A stretch of DNA of 63,980 nt, filler included, from Dimargaris cristalligena (taxonomy: Eukaryota), in assembly GCA_003614675.1 (NCBI GenBank). It is 3 parts of 3 records of this genome, joined end to end, with 100 filler letters (N's around TTAATTAATTAA, not from the genome) between each part and the next. Parts side by side here need not be neighbours in the genome. Positions count along the whole stretch, not along the records: positions 23,348 to 46,575 come from ML002615.1; positions 46,676 to 63,980 come from ML002810.1; 1 more part is not named here. One strand, 5' to 3'. Shown here piece by piece: positions 37,024 through 49,600 of this stretch. The position numbers and the translations under genes are program-made. The first letter of the stretch is position 1; every line of letters starts with the position of its first letter. Under the pieces are notes generated by a model. It searched no databases. It was not told the DNA's origin and saw nothing but the letters and a program-made list of their open reading frames with translations.

Positions 37024-37566
37024 TCAACGAGGTTTAGGAAGGGACCGGGGAACACTAGGAAACCGTTTGGCCATTTCCAGGGCCTTTTGGTGGTTTATCT
37101 TATCCTGATACTGGGATTCCCGGAGGTAGTAGAGGCTCCGGTGTAGGGCATACTTCAATGGGCCTTGGGGCTCGGAGGGAGCACTGGGTAGCGTCGGTTT
37201 CTCCTCTACCGGCGCCGGGTTCGAGCCACTGCTGTCCGTTTTCTCCGGCGAAGCGGCCTTGTCCGATGCTTCGCCCTCGTCTCCCTTCTTGGCCTTGGTA
37301 GTCTTTTTGGTAGTATTTCTCTTCGCCGGCGGCGGTTCAACGACAGCCGGTTTAGGGGGCGCGGGCGGATTCAGACAGGTAAGTGCCGTCGGGTCTTTAG
37401 CATGGGCCGGGCAGCAATAAAACCAATCCTTGGCCGCCGGTGTAGCGGCTAGGCCGGTTTCGGCCGTAAGTAGTAGGGAGGGGGTTATCTTGCTGCAGAT
37501 GAAACAGCTGCCCTCTTTGGCGGCCGTTCGAAGCACGTAAACATTGGGGAATGGGGCTGGAGACAT
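37024..37566 (-). CDS. VFA1: Vps4-associated protein 1 (Vfa1/DUF1742 family)
   Basis: PFPNVY...SCFICSK...DWFYCCPAH..D N-terminal Cys/His motif, low-complexity middle, YALHRSLYYLR and C-terminal FPSVP. Confidence 0.85.
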   Translation of the reverse strand: MSPAPFPNVYVLRTAAKEGSCFICSKITPSLLLTAETGLAATPAAKDWFYCCPAHAKDPTALTCLNPPAPPKPAVVEPPPAKRNTTKKTTKAKKGDEGEASDKAASPEKTDSSGSNPAPVEEKPTLPSAPSEPQGPLKYALHRSLYYLRESQYQDKINHQKALEMAKRFPSVPRSLPKPR

Positions 37567-37966
37567 GTGGAAACAAACTAGTCTAGGCTAGGGAAAAGGT
37601 AGGTAAACCAGGCAATGGGGCTAATGGCTGAAGGTAATAAAAGGGGTCCGGGTTGCATGGGCTCTGCGGTCGGGCTTCTAGAAATACCAATATAGGAGGT
37701 GACTTTTTCCTGGTATCCTCCCAAAACTTCAACTAGGCTGGTGTGGTTCTGGCATCGTAGCGTCTGCTCCAGGTTGACTATATGCTCACAACTACAATTT
37801 CGGAATAAGAAACCTCTCACAATATAGAAGCAATAATGCCTGCTCTTACTCCTTGTATTCGTTGATGGTCGTTGTCACTTACACTTTTAGTCTGATTCCC
37901 CTAGCAGTACACTAACCCTTTTGAACCCCGCACTAAATACATTTTGAGAACTGCTGTCAAGTCACC

Positions 37967-40664
37967 ATGGACCCCGTGCAGCGACTCCAAGAATTGGAAG
38001 TCCGCTTGGCGACCATTGATCAACGAATTCGCGAGCTCAACGAAGAGCGCAGCTTCCTACTTGCCGAAAAAGCCAATTGTGAGGCGTTTCTAGAGGAAGA
38101 GAATGAGGAAAAGACCGCCACCCACTCTTCGTCGGCGGCTCCAACCGACCCAATGGCCAGGTATTTTCAGCCAGACGGGTTCGCATGGTCCAACCAACTT
38201 CGCGAGGCCGCGGCCCGGGTTTGGGGCCTTCCCGAATTCCGGCCCCTCCAACTTCCCGTTATGAACGCGGCACTTGACGGCCGGGACGTGTTTGTGATCA
38301 TGCCCACGGGCGGGGGCAAGTCCCTATGCTACCAATTGCCGGCCCTCCTCACTCCGGGAGTGACTTTGGTAATTTCCCCGTTGATTGCCCTTATCCAGGA
38401 CCAGGTGTACGGCCTGCGCGAGGTTGGCGTCAAGGTGGGTATGCTAACTGGCTCTACCCCCAAAGAAGAGATCAAGGAGGTCCAGGACAGCATGCTGGCT
38501 CTGGCTGCTTCGGCGAGTAGGCCAGCCACTAAGCAACCCAAAAATAGCGACCCTAGAGGCCGAGGGGGTTCGACAACTAGCGCGGATCAGGAAAACGACC
38601 CTATTCGTTTGGTGTACGTGACCCCCGAGAAAATCGCCAAATCCAAACGATTTATGTCGCTACTGGAGAAACTCTACAACGCTGGTCAACTAGCCCGGAT
38701 TGTGGTGGACGAGTGCCATTGCTGTAGTCAGTTTGGCCATGACTTCCGACCCGATTATAAGAAACTGGGCATTCTCCGGACCGTATTTCCCCGCACACCA
38801 ATCATGGCCCTAACGGCTACGTGTCCAGTCACTGTGCTCAATTCCGTCGTATCAATTTTACAAGTGTCCTCCATCTCCAACAGCATATCGGTGGACGAAC
38901 AGGGCCAGTGGCAGGAAACCAGCGTGGGCCAACCGACTGGCAGTGCAACGGGCACTCTACTCTTCAGTTCTCCGTTGTACCGGCCCAACCTAGCCTACCG
39001 AGTAATTGAGAAGGCGGGAAGCCAAAGCGAGCAGGTTCAGCAAATCGCTGACTGGATTACGACCCACCACCCTCGCCAGTCGGGCATTATTTATTGCCTG
39101 TCCCGGAAAGAGGCCGAGTCATTCGCCCAGGAAGTGGCTTCGGCCTCCGCGGGCCGAATTCAAACCGGGGTATACCACGCTGAACTCGACGACGCCTACA
39201 AGGTTAAGGTACATCACCTTTGGCGGACGGGCAAGCTCGAGGTAGTCATTGCGACCATTGCCTTTGGTATGGGCATCAACAACCCCCACGTCCGGTTTGT
39301 CATCCACCACTCGCTATCCAAGTCCATCGAAGGCTACTACCAGGAAAGCGGCCGGGCCGGGCGGGACGGCCAACCCGCGGACTGTGTGCTCTTCTACCGC
39401 AGTGCTGACGCCTCCCGTCTCACCACTTGGAACGTGGCCGATCAGGATGGCTTGGAAAATGCCCATTCCATGATCCGCTACGCCGAAGATCCCCGAACTT
39501 GCCGCAAGCTCTTGTTTGAAGACTATTTCACCCATCTCAAAAACTCGAATTTTAGCCAATCGCTCACCCGTCGGAACGTCGAGGTCGCTAATCAGCTGCT
39601 GGACTCTTCGTTCTATTCGACCGATGGCGCTTCCTCTAGGCAGGGGTTCGCAACTAATCGGGCTACCTTGAGTACCGCCGTATGTGGCCGGTGTGACCAC
39701 TGTGAGCTGGCCGAGGCTTTAAGGGTCAGCAAACTTAAAGGAGCTCCACTCCCCAGCCTCACCATCCAATCAATCAATGTGGCCCCATACATCCGCTCGC
39801 TTTGTCTACTAATCCATAAATTACGGGTCGTGGGTGATAAGAAGTTGACTTTTCTAAAACTCATGGATATTTGGTGCAAGCGTACCTCTAAAAAGACCGT
39901 AGTTAAAGCCATGGTGGACTCGGGCGAAATTATTCTGGCACCTTTGGACGTTTTATCGAAACCGGTAAGTATTTTCCCTGAGCGTTTGGTATACCTCTCA
40001 GCTCACCACTCCTTAAAACTATATTACAAATACCCAAACTGTCCCGCGAGTAAAATTGATGAACCTAACTTACACATTGTATCAAATGGGGGTCTCTATA
40101 TATAACCGGGTGGTATGTCAATTGGTGTGGAAGAACTGCGAGCGACTGGTTATCTTCAGCCTACTTAATAGCTATCTCAAAGAAGAGTTTCATTTCACGG
40201 CGTATTCGACCTATGCGTAAGTCTACCTATAGCTTTTATTTTTGACCTACTCGATATTTGTCGTAAAGTTGGCGACACGTCGCTCACTACTCAGGTTAAT
40301 TAACCCCCCTATTTCAAAGAACCTCGTTATATATAACTGATTAAGCTACCTCGCGGTGGGTCCCAAGGGCAAACCATTTCTAAGACTAACCAAGACCAGC
40401 CAGCTAGCGCCCTCACTGGCAAACATCACAATGGAGCTGCTTGTGGCCTCAAAATCCACCCCAAGGTTATCTTATACGCCCGAGCGCCGGGCATTACCAG
40501 AGTCAGTTAAAAGTACTGAATCAAGTCGCAATCAAGTACCATTAGAAGACACCCAACGTCCCCCCAAGGTAATTCGAGTTTTTGGCTATGGGTGCTTATT
40601 ATATCATAATATTGGCCCGATACATCCCCCCCCTCATTTTAACCCGATTGATGATAAACTGTAG
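37967..40664 (+). CDS. RECQL: RecQ helicase RECQL/RECQ1-like, at least 3 exons (37967-39964, 40134-40216, 40346 onward); 3' end uncertain
   Basis: N-terminal coiled coil, MPTGGGKSLCYQLP, VYVTPEKIAKSKRFM, VVDECHCCSQFGHDFRPDY, YYQESGRAGRDG, Zn site CR...CGRCDHC. The spliced winged-helix hairpin YLKEEFHFTAYSTYA|YLAVGPKG is typical of RECQ1. Confidence 0.93.
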
Positions 40665-41442
40665 TTCTTCTAAGCACTCCCTAACCAAAACATACCACTG
40701 TTAATGAATTCGCTGGTCCGATTAATCATTTTAGCGCGAGACCGCACGCCCTATCACATATATTATCGAGTGACGACGACCTGGGTACAGACGACTTTGT
40801 CAGCCCTAATGCACCCAACCGTGCAAAGCGAAACCTACCGGCTAGTTCATAATAGGCAGCCGTTTCCTTTAGATAAAATAACTGGTAGTCCCTATAGTGT
40901 GGCCTAATACTGAATAATACTTTCCGCGGCCGCTACTAATCTAGAATCCCAAAGGCAATGTAATGGCAACGACGCCCTCCTTCTAAGGAGACCTATGGTG
41001 TTATGATATCATTAGTTTTTTATCAACTATATATAAGGAGAATATGCAATGTGACGGCTATGACGTATGGGGGAGGCTAGGGGTTCCTCCATTGAAACTA
41101 CCAGAGTAGGTGGGGTTCGCGCTCGAGATAGGTCTAAGTAAAGCCATGTTTTAAACCCCATGGTATCCAATAGAGCCGCTCTTCTACAGGTAATGTATTA
41201 TTCGCACTGGGACAAGATTATGTAGATACAGAAATAGGGCTTGGAATACAGACTGCTTTCCCGTAAATATTTCCGCGAGTAGGGTGGTGGCGAGCCCTAA
41301 TAAGTACTCCCCCATTGGTAAATCAGGAGGAGTGGCTGCTTTTGGGTATAGGCGAGGCAGCAGGCGTCAGCCAGCGTTGTATACAAAGGCTGGCTCATTT
41401 CGATTAATTTTGGGAAAGCAATATACACTGCGCTGACAACAG

Positions 41443-41900
41443 CCCCTTGCGGCATTTATCTTGGTGAACAAATATAGGGATGAATGGGCGCTGGTCCCCC
41501 TCCCACATCGGGACAGCTTAGTGGTGGTTTTCCTCTGATGCAACTATTATTTAACATCATCCGAATGTGAAGGATTAGTTAAATCGTGGCAACCATACGG
41601 ATGGAGCTGTGGCGTAGCTTTTCGGCCCGTGTGTGCGACCACGCCAATCGATATGGGAAGCCCCCCCCCACCCCTATATTATCATCAGGTGCAACGTAGG
41701 CTGGGCGTAAGGCTTAGAGGATTACTCTGCCAAAAAAAATTATTGGCGCCATTTTAGTTATAGGCAAGGTTTCAAATTCAAGATGGGCGGCTGACCAAGG
41801 CTGAGGTTGAATGACGATGTCGATGACGCCCCCCTAAACAAGCCAAGCCCGGCGGCGCTACATTATATACCCCCCTCGAGCGCAAAAAAATTTCTATAAA
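41443..41900 (+). promoter_or_regulatory. Stress-type promoter: clustered CCCCT (STRE-like) motifs and TATA box
   Basis: CCCCT at 41443, 41497, 41671, 41831 and 41872, TATAAA at 41895-41900, upstream of the hydrophilin gene. Confidence 0.45.
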
Positions 41901-42087
41901 TACCCGTTGAAATCTAATTCATCATCGAAACTACATTTGTCTATTCGCTTGATTCTATATATTCCCAACGACTACTGACTACTTCACTCACACACCCCCT
42001 TTTTGTATTACTTTTCCCATTTGGTCACTACTACTTCTAGTTGACCTGTTCCCCACAACCTCTTCTTCCTTTCCACAAATTATCACC

Positions 42088-43056
42088 ATGAACCAGCAAA
42101 ACCTTAGCGCTCGCCAGGCCCTCGAACGGGGTATGAGTGCCGCCAAGAGCAACTACGGCCAACAGGCCGTCAGCGGCGGTGTGGACGCGGCCCAGCAGCA
42201 GCTGCCCACTGGTCACAACCAGTCCACCTCCATGGATAACACCGGTATCTACGACAACACCTACTTCAACGGTCACCGCGACAGCGCTGATATGCCGCAG
42301 CAGACTATGGGAAGTGGCCAATCCGGCAACCCGACCTCGGCCTACCAGAACGCTGGTGGAGCCTACGATCAGGATACCACCGGTGCCAACTACGGTCGCC
42401 AGGGTTACAACTCCAACTCGGCCACCGGCTCGGCTGGTTCCTACGACCAGTCCAACTACAACGACCCCACTTCGACTTCGGGTCCGGGTGCCTATGGAGC
42501 TAACAATACCTCCTCCTCCTACCCCAGCAACGACAGCCACGGCCGTCATCACCATTCCAGCCACCACGACAACGAGGGTCGCCAGCACTTCGAGGACCAA
42601 GGCATGGACAACCAAGGCCTGCGTCCCGGTAGCAACCCCGACCGCTTCGAAAAGAGCGGTGGTTCATCGGGCGCTTATGGCAGCGGTGGCCAGGCCTACG
42701 GCAATGCCTATAACCAAACCGACCGTTACGGCGGAGGCGGTATGATGGATAACCCCAACGCCGCCGGCACTACCAATAACGCCTACGGCAGCAACACCGG
42801 TGCTACCAACCAGTACGCCAATGATTCTTCCTACGGCCGTAGCGGTAACGCCAACCAGTACAATGCCAATGACGGTCACAACAGTGGACTGGGTTCCCAA
42901 CACGCGGACCCCAACCGTAAGCCCAGCCTGGGCGAGCGCATCAAGGGTACGGCCATGCAGGCCATCGGCAGCATGACCCACAACCCCGAAAAGGTTGAAG
43001 AGGGTGAACGTTTGAAGAATGCCATCCCCGATGTCAAGGGTGGACGAGGCTTCTAA
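42088..43056 (+). CDS. Gly/Asn/Ser/Tyr-rich hydrophilin with C-terminal CsbD-like stress motif (322 aa)
   Basis: Intronless, strongly C/T-biased third codon positions, almost no hydrophobic core. C-terminal KPSLGERIKGTAMQAIGSMTHNPEKVEEGERLK resembles fungal CsbD-like repeats. Confidence 0.75.
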   Translation: MNQQNLSARQALERGMSAAKSNYGQQAVSGGVDAAQQQLPTGHNQSTSMDNTGIYDNTYFNGHRDSADMPQQTMGSGQSGNPTSAYQNAGGAYDQDTTGANYGRQGYNSNSATGSAGSYDQSNYNDPTSTSGPGAYGANNTSSSYPSNDSHGRHHHSSHHDNEGRQHFEDQGMDNQGLRPGSNPDRFEKSGGSSGAYGSGGQAYGNAYNQTDRYGGGGMMDNPNAAGTTNNAYGSNTGATNQYANDSSYGRSGNANQYNANDGHNSGLGSQHADPNRKPSLGERIKGTAMQAIGSMTHNPEKVEEGERLKNAIPDVKGGRGF

Positions 43057-43777
43057 ATAAGTCTCCCCTCTCCTCCTTCTTTTTATAACCTCCACCTCCA
43101 AACTACTACTTTTTGCCATTTTGGCCGATTACCTTATGTTTCTGTAACCATCAACTAGAAGGAGTTTTTCCCTCCCGCTAATCATTACATAATTGCGGTA
43201 TACTTTTGCAATAAAATTTAAATGCTCAAAAACCATTTATGCTGTCCAATATTATGAGAGAGAGAGTACCGTCCATTCACGATTTGATTAGTAAACTTCC
43301 GAATTCATATGTGAGGGGGTTAAATGAAAATTTCGTTTCTTGAAAAAGCTAGCTTGTTTAGATACTATTTGATTCATGTCATAATAGATCCTTGGTGTTT
43401 TAATATCGATATTGAACAACCTGCTGGATATAAACGCCTAAAGGAATTGTAAATATGTAGACTTTTAATTATCAGATAAACACTATCGAGGATTACTGCC
43501 AGCATACTTACCATGTAGCAAATTAAACAAGCATATTGCAACCAAAGTAAAGCCCCGATGAGGACACAACACATTTCAAAAATACCAATAAAATCATGGA
43601 ACAATTACAAACTATAATTTAAAACGTGAAAAATAATTATAATAAATCAATATTTTTTAAAAAACAAACAAACATTCTAGTAAACCAGCAAAATACATCG
43701 TAGTAGTTCATGGGCCAAGCATAAAATCCGGCAACCAAAAGGACTAATAAGGAAGGGACGAAGTGGATAGTCGGTTT

Positions 43778-46575
43778 TCAAAAGCACAGAAAACCACCCG
43801 TTGATTTCTTACTGGCCTTTAACTCAGTAATTTCTTCCGCCAATTCCCGGTTCTTAAGTTTCAACATTTCCACCTTGCGCTTCTCCTGGTCCGCCCAATT
43901 TTTAGCCTCATCCAACTGCAGGCGAAGCTGGTTAATTTGGTCACGGTAAGCCTTGATCTCCGAGGTATGGTTGAGGATCTGGTGGCTAAGCTCCTCGATT
44001 TCCTCCTGCGACTTTTCGCGGCCTGCCTCGGATTCGGTGAGCTCGGATTCGAGAGTTTGAATCAAGTTCAGGTGGGCTTGGATATCCGATTCCAGATTCG
44101 TAATACGACTGCGCATTTGGGTCACTTCGGTGTCCGTATATTTGATGGTGGTCGGAGTGGTTAGAGGGTGGAAGGTTGGTGTCGTTAAACCGGGGGTGTG
44201 CTGCTGGTGGTAAATACTGTTACCGCCCGTGCTGCCGCGGCTACTGCTCGGTTGCAGGGTGCCCAGGAAGGGATCACTGGGGGTTTCGACCCGGAGGTTG
44301 GGTTTCGATGACTTGGAGCGTAATGAAGGCGTCGGGCCGGCCGACGCCACTGTCGAGGCGAGCAGTTTGTCTCCGAATGCCGACCCATGTTTGATACTAC
44401 TGGTCGACCGGAGGCGGCTATGAGTAGCGCCATCGGAGCCCGATGGCGTGGCATGGTCGATCGAGTTCAGGGATTCAGCCACCAATAATCCGGTAGTAGA
44501 CTTGCCATCATTAACGTCCCCATTGTCATTATTATTATGGCCGCAATCGTTTCGCGATTTGCTTTGCTCCTCCAATTCCGACTTCTGCGCAACCGTTTCC
44601 TGGAGTTCGGCTTCCAATTTAGTTCGACTTGCTTCCAACTCCAACACCCGCGTCTCAGCCTCCCGGAACCGTAAATCCGAATGGGCAATGGTACTCTCCT
44701 GTCGCTGAATCTTGCTCTGTTGCTCATCCACCAGTACCTGTAGACTCGCCGTCCGCTGGTGGAGATCGGCATTATCCTGAACCATGCGGTGGTGGCTGGG
44801 ATCTTGGCAAGCGCCCCGCGGGGTATGCACCGGGCGCTCCAGCGGACCAAAGGAGCTCTGGAAGAACCCCGACATGGAATGCGCGGGATTGGGCGAGGCG
44901 GGAGGAAGCATGGCGTCAAGGTGATCATCGCCTGCCAGAGGGGCTTCGGATTGGTGACTGGAAGCCAAGATCATACTCGACGAACCATTGAACCCAGTCA
45001 AGTCGGTATTCACACTCGTCCGGTCGGCCACCAGGGGCAAGGCATAGACGGGTAGGCGCGTCGCGTCAAGGGCCACCGCCAATTGGTGTTTAGTCTCGGT
45101 CAGCTCCTCCTCCAATTGGTCGTTCAAGTCCGCCATGTGAAGTAGCTCCTCTTCCATGGATCCCACGCTCTTGGACAATTGCTGGTTCTTCGCCTCAAGC
45201 TGCTGGTTCTCCCGTTTAAAGTGTTCCGCTTCGGCCTGGTGCTGCATAGCGCGGTCTTCGGCCTCAGCCAACTGTTCGCTATCCAGAATTACAGGTATAT
45301 TGGCCATGGTGGCACCGGGGGGGGTAGGGGGAAGTGGGCCCAGGGGGGATGTCATATTACCCAAGGGGGTATCATCGTCCGAGGGTAGAGCGGATGGGCT
45401 CATAGGGGTGGGAGTTTCAAACGGGTTAGCCAGGGTTGATTTAGCACTTCGGGGTGCTGAGACAATACCACTGGGCTTGAGACCCTTGGCAAGCATCGAC
45501 AGGGACCGTGAAATAGACGTGCTGGATGGGAAAGTAGGGGGCGACGTGGGGGTCATGGAGGGGAGCGGTGTACTAGGAACGGAGGAGGATAGGGGTTGGC
45601 TGGCCGAGCGTGCCTTATTTAACAGTTGGTTCTGTAGCTCCAGCTGCTGGAACTGGTTCCGATCAATAGCCGCTTCGAACTGTTTGGCTACCAACTCCTT
45701 CCGGTTACTTACACTCTCTAACTCGTATTCCAGGCTATGCACTTTCTCCAGCAACTGGTACTTGTCCGCTTCCAAAGCGTGAATCTTATCGCGAAGGGAT
45801 TGTACATGTTGCTCACGGTGGGGATCGACAAAGAGAGGGGAGCGCAAACCCTGGTCCACCACCAAGGGGCCGGAATCCTGGGGGGAGCTGGATGCGTCTT
45901 TAAAGAGCAGAGACCGATGGACCATGGACTCAGACGACATGGCGGATGCGTCGTAGAAGATTTCACTCTGACTGGCCTCGAACGACATATCCGTCGAGAA
46001 ACTCTCGGTCGGCAGGATAGCAGTCGCCATGGCATCGGCGGCAGCGGCGGCGGCACTGATGGCGGCGGCGGAGGTCAGGGGAGCGTTATTTTCGTCAGCC
46101 CCGTAAGTCGAATCCGTTTGAACTAAGGCGGCTACAGTGTCAGACATCTCAGTTGACGACTCACCGGCCGCGTACTTCTTGGTCTGGGCAGCAAGATCGG
46201 CCTGTAGAGTATCGTAGCGCTCTTGGAGAGCTCGGCGATCATTGTCAAAGTTCTCGCGGGCCTTCTTGAGGTGGTCATGCTGCTCCTCCTGCAAACAAGT
46301 GAGTTTGGAGGTTAGGGCCTGAATAGTAGCCTGGTGGTCAGTCAACCGGCGCTGCCAGTCGCGGAGCGTTGTAGAGTCCCTACGCATCGGTGGTTTAATT
46401 CCACTGCGGTCGGTCACAGTAATACCCACGACATCCTCCGCATCCACACGAGTTTCGGTTTCAGAGGTGGACCGAATTGAGGCGCCAAATTCACTGCCCA
46501 TGGGGTCCTGGCTAGCGGTGTCATCAACCTCATCGTCCTCTTCGCCGTGCTGGAATCGGTCGATAATAACGGTAT
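43778..46575 (-). CDS. C-terminal ~930 aa of a long coiled-coil protein, possibly the tail of a fungal kinesin-4/KIF21-like motor; 5' part lost in the gap
   Basis: Frame is open up to the gap. Several heptad blocks are separated by Ser/Pro-rich linkers (PLGPLPPTP), and the end KKSTGGFLCF* resembles the KKS..F.CF ending recalled from fungal kinesin-4-like proteins. No motor domain is visible. Confidence 0.5.
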
Positions 46576-46675
46576 NNNNNNNNNNNNNNNNNNNNNNNNN
46601 NNNNNNNNNNNNNNNNNNNTTAATTAATTAANNNNNNNNNNNNNNNNNNNNNNNNNNNNNNNNNNNNNNNNNNNN
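46576..46675. other. Artificial contig spacer: 44 N + TTAATTAATTAA + 44 N
   Basis: Same construction as 23248-23347, 12-mer at 46620-46631. Confidence 0.97.
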
Positions 46676-49600
46676 GATTCGGCCAATATTACTAGTTAAA
46701 AATACATTTCCCATATATTTTCCCATACACGTATAATGTAAACCCTTATATAGCTGGGCCGAATTCCACCCATATGCTTATTGAGAGTTGGTCCAGAGAT
46801 CTCTTACATCAACCCAGCAAATATGTGCCCATACCCTCCCACGAAGGGACATATACTATGGGAATCCCTGCTACCGAACCCACGTTGAAATTGGTGGGTA
46901 AGGTATAATATATACATGCGAATTACTCGCAAATCCATTATGTAACGGTTGGTAATACTTCAATAGGTGATTGATGTAAATAACGTTGGAATCGTTTGGG
47001 GACACTAAAAATAACCTTGTATTTATGAGGGGGGGGGGGTGCTCTAGTCCATGAGAATACTTACTCAATTTCGCTTTATCCCACCGCACACAAAACCCTG
47101 GAAATACCATTCCTTTAATTATTTACTTTGGGGCTGTGCATGTATGACTGGAACCCAATCGGCCAGCGACTTCCCAACGGGACCCCCACCATCCTAATCC
47201 AGGACACCATATCCTTGGCAGTGGTCACTGGCCGATCCTATTATTTTGAAACACAAAGACCCTTTATAATTATTTTCTAAATAAAAGGGGAATTTGGGCA
47301 AACTTGTGAGGTCTCGATTGGCCACGCTGGTAGAGTATCATGGCGGCTCCCACAAAAAAAAAGGTGTAGTTCCGGAATTCCACGATGGGGATGTGTGGGA
47401 TTTGTTTTAAATGAAATCGCATGGTTCGAACTATTACTAAATAGTTGGTGGTGTGGAAATGGAAACGGACAGTTGGACGGAATGGAATGGAGTTCCGCTC
47501 GGAATATTTAATGGCGAGGCGTAGGTGGGCCGGATTGAACGTCACTCGCTATTATACTGATTAGAACTAGAAGTATTACAAACGGACAAGTAGTCGGTGA
47601 CAGTCGATAATCATCTTACTGACCACCCGCGCTTACTATTTTAGCTAGCCCTGATTTTAAATACACCAAGTAAGCATCTACCCAGATAAGTTCGAAGGCT
47701 AGAATCTAGTTGCCGAAAGTCCCGTTATAGTGGTGGATTGGGAAGGACAGCCTGGCAAGGACTCTCGATTAAACTTCAACAATGACGGCTTTTACTGTTT
47801 GGAAACCATGGTTTTGATGGCGCACAACCTTCAAATGGTATAATTGCCATCTGATTATTCCCTATAGTATATCGTTTCAGAATGGTGAAAATAAATACCA
47901 TGGATTCTCATTGATGGCTTAAAAACAAGGGTTCCTTTTTTACCATTCCTTCCTTGATCTATACCACCAAATGAATTCGGCTGTCGGCGAACCTTTCTCT
48001 GGAATGCCAGACTGGCGAAGGAGATGCTCGCGTCTGATGCCCATCGCCATTTTGGGGATACTGCTAGGGAGCCGATATATGTCCAGCGTCTATTGGGGCA
48101 TTGGGAACTAAGTCATGATGTGAAGATAATCGAGTCGAAACAAGGGGCCACATGATACATGTCATGTAATCGAATGTTACTCGTTGGGTCTTACTTGTGT
48201 GCCTGGGTTCAATCGCACTGCTCTATACTAGTGACCAGGTGACCATAACTATTTACCTGTCGGTTCCCCTTTATTTATTAATCGGCCTACTGCTGTGCAA
48301 TTGCCTATATGTATTGTTGTATACTTCACACCCAAACCAAGCTGCTAGTATATCGGTGATGCTCATTTTTAAAATGATAGGTGGTGGTGTATGAGGGGGT
48401 CGATCCGGGTTTTTTGAGTAATAGTCCCCGACCAACACTATAGCGCTTGCTCTGATATAATAAAAAAATGATGGTAGGATTCCCAACCATGCCAGTGTAC
48501 TCCTGCCAAACTCTATTAGCTGCAATACACTGGCTAATGGTCTGGGCTTTGACCAGTTGTTCCAGCAGCCTTTTTAGCGTAATGTCTGTATTACCTGTAG
48601 TTGGAGAGGTGGTATATTTGCTCATACCAAATGGATACAACTCTATAAATAATAGACGGATTATCCGGACAACATCCCCCGTGCTTGACACAATGCAATG
48701 GTGAAGCCACTGGGTAGCGGTTTTCGGCGGTTGGTAGCGAACGAAGGGGTGGACGCTTTCTCTCTCGCTCGCTATCATTATAGTGTCTTGGCCTTTAGTA
48801 AAAATGAGTATACTCACTAATGCCCAATCCATTGATATATGTTGCTGTGCTACACCCTGGGCAATCAGCATATTGTATGAAAATCGCGCCGTAAATTCGT
48901 CGCTGATGAGACTGTAGTTTTACATCGTAGCCTAGGTCCATCCGTAAGGGGGATGAGTCGTTTAGTGACCATCCTTTTTATTATTTATATGACCTTTTTT
49001 ATATCTTAATATCATTTTCATTCATTTTGTATTCGCAAAGGCATCATTGATCCGCTAAGTTGGGCAGCTTAATCAAAAAAATCCCAATCCGGCCTACTCA
49101 TCCGCTGGCTATTGCCCGCGTTCCAAGGTCGAGGTCACAAAAGGCCAGCTCGGCTTCAATACTTTTTGGGCTTGGTGGTTGGACAGGCCAGCACGGTTAC
49201 ACGCGTCAAAGTTCAACTTTCAGCATGAATGGCCCTCACAGTTCCAGTTCATTGTGTGATGGAAAGAGGAGCCTTGCCAGTCCGAATTCAAGGGGGGGGG
49301 GAATAGAGGAGGAAGGGGGGAGGGCATTGCACGGTGGTGCGATTTCGCCGATAATAGAAGCCAATGGGAATGACAGTTTCATTGTATTATTATTATTATT
49401 ATTGACTGCGCGTCTGGCCCCTCTCTGTGTGCGGATAATGGGCGGTGTAACGATGTTCAAGGTGGGATTAGGATATGGAGTGCTCCATTTCCCTTCCCTT
49501 TGACCGTCCCTTCATTTTTCTTCCACCAATGTTTGCGCCCCTTTCTATGATCCCATTCTTCTCAATGTATTTATTTCATATTATATTTTATAAAAAGAAA

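Noticed and set aside
31863-40664. NSE2 and RECQL as a DNA-repair gene cluster
   Set aside because: They are separated by unrelated genes; proximity of two repair genes is unremarkable in a compact fungal genome.
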